From Eledone cirrhosa (taxonomy: Eukaryota), in NCBI GenBank assembly GCA_964016885.1, contig OZ024765.1, positions 4,216,001 through 4,280,000 of the forward strand: 64,000 bases of DNA. Direction: 5' to 3'. Both the position numbers and the translations under genes were made by a program. The notes under the pieces are model-generated. The model was not told the DNA's origin. It was given only the letters and a program-made list of their open reading frames with translations, and did not search any database. Below, one piece after another: positions 55,118 to 64,000 of this stretch (position 1 is the stretch's first letter; each line of letters opens with the position of its first letter).

Positions 55118-55213
55118 TGACCTGTTACGAGTGTTTCACAGAAGATTGGCTCAAGATGACCCATAGGAGTTATGGACCTGACTCCAGTATCGATCTGCTC
55201 CTCAGACTGGTGA
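55118..55213 (-). ncRNA. Type I hammerhead motif with long stem II inside an inverted-arm element (55065-55305)
   Basis: CUGAGGA-GCAGA...UCUGU-GAAA-CACUCG-UA; stem I ACCAGU/ACAGGU with one mismatch. Confidence 0.55.
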
Positions 55214-55367
55214 TGTGACAGACAATATATCATTTGTTGCAACAGGTCGATACGCAATAAATATTTTTCATATGTAAATGAAGCTTCTTCGTTTTTTTCT
55301 ATTCTATATATATATATATATATATACATACGTATTTTCTATTCTCTCTCTCTCTCTATATATATAA

Positions 55368-55408
<41 letters not shown>

Positions 55409-55829
55409 TACATAAGTATAGGTTTACAGGTTCGACTGTGTGAGTGTGTTTGTAAGAATTAAATTATGTAAAAAAGACTACAATAATAAAAACAGCCCCA
55501 CATGAGAACAATTTGCTTCCCATGTTGTCACATTTACTACTTGATATCTGTACAAGTGTTTACTTTATAAAGTGTATTCTTGGTTCTTTTTATAGCATCA
55601 TTTTTCTAATCTTATTACAGAATGACACTTTCATATCTTCTGCTTTTCATCATCTTATTTTAGTTAATAGCTTTTTTTTTTATGATATTCTGTCATGAGT
55701 AACCTCTTGAAAAATATTACAATCACTGTTGGATAAATATATTAGAAGCATATTTTTGAATCTCAGAAAGAAATACGATGTCTGTCGAAAATGTATCCGA
55801 CCTTCGGCTAGCAGAATGATAAAAACTAC

Positions 55830-56380
55830 ATACTTCTTCTACTTCTTTGCCTTCTTCTTGTTCTTGTTGTTCTTCTACTTTGCCTTCTTCTTCTTCTTCG
55901 TTGCTTTCTTCTCCCCCCCCCCCCAATTATTCCTGAAAGGATTGTAGGGGGCAGAGTCTTCAAACACTCCTTCCAGCAGGTCCTGTCAGAAGCAATCATC
56001 TCCAACTGATCTGGCTGGATCCCCAAGTGTGACCAGCCAAGCTCATGGATGTTATCCAACCATCTTGCTCAGTGTAGGTCTACCCCTGGGTCTCCTGCTG
56101 GTTGGTTTCACCCGTAAAATCTGTCCAGTGATTTCCTGAGACATTCTAACCACATGTCCATAGTATCGGAGCTGTGATCACTCAATTCAGAGAAGTAGCA
56201 GCTCTACCTGGGGTGACTCTCCAGTGATTCCTTCCTGAGACATTCTAACCACATGTCCATAGTATCGGAGCTGTGATCACTCAATTCAGAGAAGTAGCAG
56301 CTCTACCTGGGGTGACTCTCCAGTGATTCCTTCCTGAGACATTCTAACCACATCTCATAGCATAGGAGCTATCTGGAGTG
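55830..56380 (-). mobile_element. RTE 3' fragment (GAA-tail family) with 99-bp duplications
   Basis: MDNIHELGWSHLGIQPDQLEMIASDRTCWKECL; homologous to 22.0-22.7 kb. Confidence 0.75.
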
Positions 56381-56789
56381 ACTACATACTTGGGGGTGTT
56401 TAATTACTTTTCTCCTTCAAAAGTAGGGCTCTTGTGTCTCCACACGAGATATACATATGTGGCTGGCTAATCCTCTTCAAGTAGACCCCTTGTGCCTCTA
56501 GACATATATATATATTCATATGGGGTCTTCTAATCTCATTTGAGTCTCTAGATGCAAACATACACATGCAGATATCCACATATAGTCAGCTAATCCTCTT
56601 AATGTACACCCCTTCCTTATGACTCTAGACACATTGATATACATGTAGATATAAATACACGGCCTGCTAACCCCCTTTCATATACACCCCTTCCTTATGA
56701 CTCTCGACCCCGCATCTTCGGTAAAAGAAGGCACTCGAGCCTCAGCATACTGCCTGGCAGCCTGACCTGGTAGCAGTTTCATCTCCACC

Positions 56790-57050
56790 ACCATTAACAA
56801 GAGCAAGGCAGCAACAACAACTGTGACAATAACAACAACAACACACGTGTGTATACATCAACATCTCACCAGCAATCTCCACCATTAACAAGAGCAAGGC
56901 AACAACAACAACTGTGACATTAACAACAACAACACACGTGTATACATCAACATCTCACCAGCCATGTTCACCATTAACAAGAGCAAGGCAACAACAACTG
57001 TGACACTAACAACAACAACACACATGTGTATACATCAACATCTCACCAGC
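56790..57050. repeat. 3 x ~90-bp tandem repeat
   Basis: CACCATTAACAAGAGCAAGGCA recurs three times. Confidence 0.85.
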
Positions 57051-57523
57051 ATATTTATTTATTTGTTAATTTACATGTTACTGGTTGGTTGTTTGTTCTA
57101 TGTGTGTGTGTGTTTTCATTTTGTCCTTAATTGTAAGTTGTGATGTTGCTGTTCCACTCATATTTCCTATTTAATTTTGGTTGTAAATAAACAAATAAAT
57201 AAATGAACATAAACACACACAGACACCCGGATGTGGCGCATGCGCAGACTGAGCACACAACACACACACAGAAACAAAATGGCGTAGGACAGAACAAAGG
57301 AGAGGCACAGAAACAAAGAAAGGAATCCCCAGTCACTGAAGAGGTCACAGAGTGTGTGACGAAAGAACTATGACTATATATAAACAACTATCTGGTTGTG
57401 GAACCAACCAACCAACCAGAAATTTATAAATTTATAAATTTATTATAAATTTATTATAATAAATTGAAGTGAAAGCAACTGGTGCGTGTGTTTCTTATTG
57501 GCAACATGACCCTCCCAAAGTAT

Positions 57524-57530
<7 letters not shown>
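57051..57530. mobile_element. PLE 3' fragment with internal inversion (same family as 19.1-20.3 kb)
   Basis: 57051-57183 (-) encodes QPKLNRKYEWNSNITT; 57184-57530 (+) is the reverse complement of 19190-19490. Confidence 0.8.
57331..57375 (+). ncRNA. Minimal type I hammerhead ribozyme motif in PLE pLTR
   Basis: AGUCA-CUGAAGA-G-GUCAC[agagugu]GUGAC-GAAA-GAAC-UA-UGACU; stems I and II pair perfectly. Confidence 0.75.
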
Positions 57531-57594
<64 letters not shown>

Positions 57595-57601
57595 CACACA
57601 C

Positions 57602-57636
<35 letters not shown>

Positions 57637-58042
57637 GATATACATTTATACACACATATACATACATACACATGAAAATATGAGGCTCCACTCTGTATAA
57701 TTTAGTCTTCCTAATGTCATCACTTCCCACAGAAAAAATCTAAAGTCGGATATTTTTTCAACGAAGCTTGTATAACATTAAAACAAAAGAATTGTAATGA
57801 CAGGTGAAGTAATATTTTTTATTTCTTATAAATATATTCTTTATATCTCATAGATTTTTATATTCAGCTGAGATTTTCTGGAATGAAGATAATTTAATTC
57901 ATATATTTTCTTTTGTCAGTAATATATTTTATGAGGATACGTGAGATCAGATGTGTTTATACATCTGTGTGTTTGTGTAAATATATATATATATGTGTGT
58001 GTGTATGGTGTGTGTATGGTGTATGTATGAATATGTGCATGT

Positions 58043-58081
<39 letters not shown>

Positions 58082-58152
58082 TGTGTACATAAATATATAT
58101 ATATGTGTGTGTGTGTATGTATATGTGTATATATATACACACAAACACACAC

Positions 58153-58183
<31 letters not shown>

Positions 58184-58216
58184 GATATATATATATATAT
58201 ATATAAATATATATAC

Positions 58217-58291
<75 letters not shown>

Positions 58292-58292
58292 C

Positions 58293-58353
<61 letters not shown>

Positions 58354-58369
58354 TATATACATATATACG

Positions 58370-58409
<40 letters not shown>

Positions 58410-58430
58410 CATATATATATACATATATAT

Positions 58431-58633
58431 ATAGGAACCAGTAAGACCCCGACGGCTGAGCTCAAGCCGTTTCGACGGCTAATTCTGGACTAATTTAGTC
58501 CAGAATTAGCCATCGAAACGGCTTGAGCTCAGCCGTCGGGGTCTTACTGGTTCCTATTACCCACTCTACTACCCCAAGTATTGAGTACTTTGGTGCGTTA
58601 TGGTCCATCTGGTTCCTTACCACATTTCCTTTG

Positions 58634-58635
<2 letters not shown>
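58431..58635 (+). mobile_element. Family H element, copy 3
   Basis: Arms 58431-58491 / 58497-58557 plus tail, inside (TA)n. Confidence 0.85.
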
Positions 58636-58683
<48 letters not shown>

Positions 58684-58916
58684 ATATATGTATGTATGTA
58701 GATATATATAATACAATGTAGAGAGGAGAAAACATTAAAAAGTATGTTTTCAATTACAGGGCTAGAAGGCTCCTAGATGGAAAAACATAAAAACTACAGA
58801 AGGTATGGGAAATACATTATAATTAAACAGATAGATTTAAATGTATAAACCAACCTTTATCTCTATGTAACACCTGAACAGACTGAAAAAGAATGCTTCA
58901 CCATATATATATATGT

Positions 58917-58953
<37 letters not shown>

Positions 58954-59059
58954 GGAGGAGAGTTTTATTGTAGTACAATAAAGCAATGCAGATATCGGAT
59001 ATGTTGATTTAAAACTGCACTATCCACAAGTGTTTTTTAGCCTTCATATCATGTTCTCC

Positions 59060-59130
59060 TGTTTTATCTGATGAAAACACAAATATTATTGCATGATGAT
59101 GTTTGTTTTTGAAATGCGCATAATAAAATA
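59060..59130 (+). ncRNA. Type I hammerhead ribozyme motif with intact core
   Basis: UGUUUUAU-CUGAUGA-(AAACACAAAUAUUAUU..GAUGAUGUUUGUUUUU)-GAAA-UGCGCA-UA-AUAAAAUA; palindromic stem III. Confidence 0.75.
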
Positions 59131-59160
59131 CATGAAACTCCTTTAACCATCTTTTGATCT

Positions 59161-59284
<124 letters not shown>

Positions 59285-59294
59285 TTATATATAT

Positions 59295-59640
59295 ATCATC
59301 ATTCATCATCATTTCATTTTACGTCCGCTTTTTCCCTGCTTGCAAGGGTGGGACGGGAATTGATTCTGGCTTGATTTCTACAGCTGGATGCTCTTCCTCA
59401 CACCAACCTCATTTACAGTGAGTGCTGGGTGCTTTTTTGCTGTGGCACCTCCACGACCACTTTGCAGTGGAATGATAGGGACCCCAGTCCCTATCATCTC
59501 ATTTCTACAGCTGAGTAAACTGGAGCAATGTGAAATAAAGTGTCTTGCTCAAGGAAACAACACATCACCCGGTCTGAGAATTGAACTCACAACATTTTGA
59601 TTGCAAGGCCAATGCTCTAACCACTAAGCCATGTGCCTCC
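59295..59640 (-). mobile_element. Complete modular SINE: tRNA head, family C core, V-like domain and RTE-derived tail
   Basis: Head GGAGGCACATGGCTTAGTGGTTAG; tail CCCGTCCCACCCTTGCAAGCAGGGAAAA matches the LINE tail at 23891-23918. Confidence 0.75.
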
Positions 59641-59651
59641 ATATATATATA

Positions 59652-59811
59652 TATTAAAATAACAGATTAAAGTTTAAGTCAAGAATCGTTGCTTTGATTA
59701 AACTTTAATCTGTTATTTTAATAAATATTTGCTCTACGGTTCTTATATATTTGATATATATTTATCCTTATCGAGCCCTCTTTGGATTTTAGTCTTCAAA
59801 TTTATTATTAT

Positions 59812-59815
<4 letters not shown>
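59652..59815. mobile_element. Short fold-back element in (TA)n
   Basis: TATTAAAATAACAGATTAAAGTTTAA / TTAAACTTTAATCTGTTATTTTAATA arms plus tail; homologous pieces at 13930-13973 and 14065-14118. Confidence 0.7.
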
Positions 59816-59857
<42 letters not shown>

Positions 59858-60012
59858 TTAAGGATACTATTTATGGTTATGTATATACTAAAACCTTTTA
59901 TAGTTATGTATATTTTAAACCATAAACAGTGAAAGACAGTAATTTATTACTACATTATTACCAGTAAGATAAATAGCTCAATGTAATAACAACAGTTGTT
60001 CTACAGAGCAGT

Positions 60013-60058
<46 letters not shown>

Positions 60059-60062
60059 TGTA

Positions 60063-60099
<37 letters not shown>

Positions 60100-60101
<2 letters not shown>

Positions 60102-60670
60102 CATAAGAGGAATCAAATGCTGCGTGCAGGAGAGGCGGTTACGCTGGTATGGACATGTGATGCGTATGAAGGATGACAGCTGCATAAAAAGGTGCAGAGC
60201 ACTAGAAGTTGATGGAAACCGCGGAGTGGGGAGACCCAAGATGACTTGGGATGAGGTGATAAAAGCCGACCTTACCCAACTACACCTCTCAAAGTCAATG
60301 ACACACGACCGTGACTTCTGGCGTCACGCAGTAATACAGGGTACCCGACCTCCCATGGGTACATGCTGAAGCATATAAACAATATGCCCCCCCCCCCCAC
60401 CGCAAGGTGGCCGTGGAGGTGCCACGGCAAAAAAGCACCCAGCCCACACTGTAAAGTGGACGTGTAGGCGCCACGAAAAAGCACCCAGCACTCACTGTAA
60501 ATGAGGTTGGTGTTAGGAAGGGCATCCAGCTGTAGAAATCAAGCCAGATCAGTTCCTGTATGAGCAAGGCATGGTCAGCCGACCAGACACTGCCCACAAC
60601 AGGACAACCCGTCTAACCCATGCTAGCGTGGAAGAACGGACGTAAAACGGTGATGATGATGATGATGATG

Positions 60671-60672
<2 letters not shown>
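60100..60672 (+). mobile_element. RTE LINE 3' end with SINE-like 3' UTR and (GAT)n tail
   Basis: SIRGIKCCVQERRLRWYGHVMRM...GRPKMTWDEVIKADL...DRDFWRHAV, then two 48-bp units and the V-like motif. Confidence 0.9.
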
Positions 60673-60704
<32 letters not shown>

Positions 60705-60767
60705 GTGTAAACAGAAATAACAACACAATCGGTACAGTATATGGAAGGTATATATTAGGTTAACGCT

Positions 60768-60807
<40 letters not shown>

Positions 60808-60809
60808 GC

Positions 60810-60849
<40 letters not shown>

Positions 60850-60900
60850 GAAAAAGTGGAGAATAACATGGTCAACAGTACAAAAAAGCAGATTTATTTA

Positions 60901-61009
60901 CAGTCTAACAATTGTTTCACTGATAGAGTTGTCTAAAAATTGCTAAACACTGAAAGTAGTGCCACTCAATTTAAAATACATGTTGGCTTCATCATATCTT
61001 CAGAGACTG
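60901..61009 (-). ncRNA. Type I hammerhead motif with long stem II
   Basis: CAGUCU-CUGAAGA-(~78 nt)-GAAA-CAAUUG-UU-AGACUG; perfect 6-bp stem I, palindromic stem III, imperfect base of stem II. Confidence 0.6.
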
Positions 61010-61749
61010 AGAAAAAATATAAATATATGCGTAACCGGCAAATTTACAAATTCAAATTGTATTTGAATTTGTAAATCTTTTATATTATATGTGTGCATGT
61101 GTGTGAGTGTGTGCATGCACACACATGTGTGTGTAAACCAGTGTTCGAATTGTGTGTTTAATTCTCTGTGTATCTGATTAAGTATTTATGTGAAAATGTG
61201 TGTGTATGTAACTTAGTAAGGCGTAACGAACGTAACAAACACACAAACACACACACACACACAGACTCATATACACACATACACACTCATATACTAAAAT
61301 GTGACTTCGTCGTGTTAAAAAACATCTATTTACTTATATTTGTCTATAGTAGATTATTTTAGATAAAGTGTTATATTGTTTTAATCTAAATGAAAATAAA
61401 CATTATATGTTGTTACTCCTGGGGTCTAATACTATTACCTTAAATTTTGATTTGATTTGGTCAAGCCGTTTGGAAATGCATAAGGAAAAGACAGACAGAC
61501 AGAGAGACAAAGAATTTTATATAGAGAGAGATACATATATAGGTATGTATATATATATATATATACACACACACACAATATATATTATTTAAAACACATA
61601 GCAAACTGGCCTAAACTTCTGATGTACTTGGAGTTTTCCAATACTGATCTTATTGCTGCATTTTTCCTCAGCCAATTGGAAAGTGTATGTATATATACAT
61701 AACTTTAACTATCCATACAGCTGTGTGTATTTGTAAGAATGGGTGTGTT

Positions 61750-61783
<34 letters not shown>

Positions 61784-61956
61784 AAGTGAGTGGGACATAG
61801 ATATCAATGTTTATGTGTGTATGTGTATATATATATGTGTATATATGGAAATGTATATCTGAGTTTTTTGAATATTAATAATAATATTCGATTTGTTTGC
61901 AGTTATGCAAACAGCTGATCCGTCACTAGCTCTGACAGTTGGCAGGGTCACTGTAT

Positions 61957-62003
61957 ACTGCACTGATGAAGAGTAATCACCCAGAAACATTATTGTCTGC
62001 AGT
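61957..62003 (+). ncRNA. Type I hammerhead motif (same family as 24853-24895)
   Basis: ACUGCA-CUGAUGA-A-GAGU[aauc]ACCC-A-GAAA-CA[uuau]UG-UC-UGCAGU; GUC cleavage triplet. Confidence 0.7.
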
Positions 62004-62070
62004 TCTGTTTACATGCCAACACAAGAGCAAGAATGAGGAGTCACAATACTATCATGGCTTTAAAACAAAT

Positions 62071-62114
<44 letters not shown>

Positions 62115-62517
62115 AGTAGAAGTTGTATTTAATTTGTTGGAAGTCCGACAAAAAAATGTTTATAACTGATTTAGAGCACTCAACAGTTTACTGGAGTAAA
62201 TATTCAATGATATTAAATAAATGGAAACTATATTTATAAAACCATATTTATTCTATTATATATATTTCAAGGGTACCAAGGCAACATTGCTACACTTTCA
62301 TCAAATAAAATACAAAGTTTGTTTTATAAATAGAGACGTATCCAGTGAATTTCCAACCGATAAGGTATGATTTTCATGGCTATGTCTCTATTTATAAAAC
62401 AAACTTTGTATTTTATCTGATGAAAGTGTACCAATGTTGTCTAGGTTGCCCTTGAAATATATATAATAGAATAAATATGGTTTTGTAAATATAGTTTCCA
62501 TTTATTTAATATCATTG
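62115..62517. mobile_element. Fold-back element with a hammerhead in each arm
   Basis: Arms ~62204-62337 / 62384-62517; CTGATGA at 62417 and GAAA-TATATA-TA at 62454; the minus copy has TTGATGA; ~90-bp tail on the left. Confidence 0.8.
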
Positions 62518-62524
62518 TATATAT

Positions 62525-62727
62525 ATAGGAAAATGTTTGACCCCAACGGCAGAGCTCAAGCCGTTTCGACGGCTATTTCTGAGTCCAGAAATAGCTGTCG
62601 AAGCGGCTTGAGCTCTGCCGTCGGGGTCAAACATTTTCCTATTATCCACTCTACTACCCTAAGTATTGAGTATTGAGTACTCTGGTGCGTTATGGTCCAT
62701 CTGGTTCCTTACCACTATTCTTTCATT
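62525..62727 (+). mobile_element. Family H element, copy 4 (variant)
   Basis: Arms 62525-62581 / 62586-62642 plus the same TTA.CCACTCTACTACCCTAAG tail. Confidence 0.8.
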
Positions 62728-62734
62728 ATATATA

Positions 62735-62875
62735 AAGAGTTACGGCCCTTTATGGTCTGAGTTCAAATCCCGATGAGGTTAACTTTGCCTTTCATCCTTA
62801 CGGGGTCGATAAAATAAAGTACCAGTAATACACTGGGATAATTGCTGGCCTTGTGCCAAAAGTAGGAACAATTAT
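62735..62875 (+). mobile_element. 5'-truncated family B SINE
   Basis: GAGTTACGGCCCTTTA..GAGTTCAAATCCCG..GGCCTTGTGCC. Confidence 0.8.
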
Positions 62876-63489
62876 ATATATGTATGTATATATGTATGTA
62901 TGTATGTATATATACAGACACAAATAGAAGATCAATGTATAGATGCATTGTTTTGTTCTTTGACTGATCTCTGTTATTGGACTACGGTCATGCTGGGGTA
63001 CAGGCTCGATGTGTTTTTTTCTCATTTGTATCAATCCATGAGCTTATTTCAGTCTGGTAGTTCAATTATTGATCTCTGATCAGAGAATTGGTAAATTATG
63101 TTTCAATATGCAGACATGTCGTTCCACACACCTGTCTCTAGACTGTTCTACATAAACACACATATCTACATACATGCACACACACACACACACATAAACT
63201 CTGACACAAACACACGTGCATACACACACACAAACTCTGACACAAACACACGTGCATACACACACACACATACATGTTCACACATACACACACACATACA
63301 TATATGCACATACACACACACATACATATATGCTCACACGTACACACACACATACATATATGCACACACACACACATACAGACACACAGACATATATGCA
63401 CACACACATAAAGACATTCACTGAAGCTCTTCTTATCTATGGAGATAGTAACAAAAGTATTAGTGAAATTATCTTTTACCGATTGCAGG

Positions 63490-63900
63490 AAAGATGCATA
63501 GTAGTAGTTGATAGCTTCTATTACCTCGGTGATATAATTAGCTGTGGAAGATGTTGCTCTGTGAGCATAGTAGCTTCTTCTTCTTCTTCTTTGCCTTCTT
63601 GTTCGTTCACTTATACCTGAGAGAGTCATGGGGGAAGGGTCCTCAAACACTCTCCCAGTAGGTCCTGTCAGAAGCAACCATCTCCAACTGATCTGGCTGG
63701 ATCCCCAAGCGAGACCAGCCAAGCTCATGGATGTTATCCAACCATCTTGCTCAGGGTCTACCCCTGGGTCTCCTGCTGGTTGGTTTTGCCCATAAAATCT
63801 GTCCAGTGATTCTATCCTGAGACATTCTAACCATATGTCTATAGTATTGGAGCTGTGATCTCTCAATTCTTTCCTGAGACATTCTAACCACATGTCAATA
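63490..63900. mobile_element. RTE fragments: + strand VVDSFYYLGDIIS (to ~63574) and - strand GAA-tail family end
   Basis: Homology to 8455-8520 and to 55.9-56.2 kb. Confidence 0.7.
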
Positions 63901-64000
63901 AAATAAGGTATGATACCAGTAATACACTGAGATCAATTTAATCAGCTTGTCCCTTCCCTCCCACTAAATTGTTGGCCTTTTGCCTCCTAAATCAGAAACC

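Overview
AT-rich, repeat-saturated eukaryotic non-coding DNA, most likely an octopus/coleoid cephalopod intron or intergenic region (inferred from the SINE families and the extreme (TA)n/(CA)n content). I found no credible host protein-coding exon; all long ORFs are read-through of microsatellites or minisatellites. The window holds RTE-clade LINE fragments, a decayed Penelope-like element (PLE; RT end plus GIY-YIG), at least three tRNA-derived SINE types, Helitron-like and TTAA/piggyBac-like MITEs, and many minisatellite arrays that grew out of SINE or LINE sub-segments. The strongest hidden signal is a swarm of type I hammerhead-ribozyme (HHR) motifs, about 10 with intact cores and about 8 decayed or partial. 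They sit in several unrelated non-coding families, mostly inserted in (TA)n tracts, and many share a fold-back architecture: short inverted arm, long arm with HHR, then an unpaired tail. This looks like a diverse population of PLE-derived or retrozyme-like non-autonomous elements. All structures were read by eye, family and domain names are from memory, and boundaries are approximate (about +/-10-20 bp).
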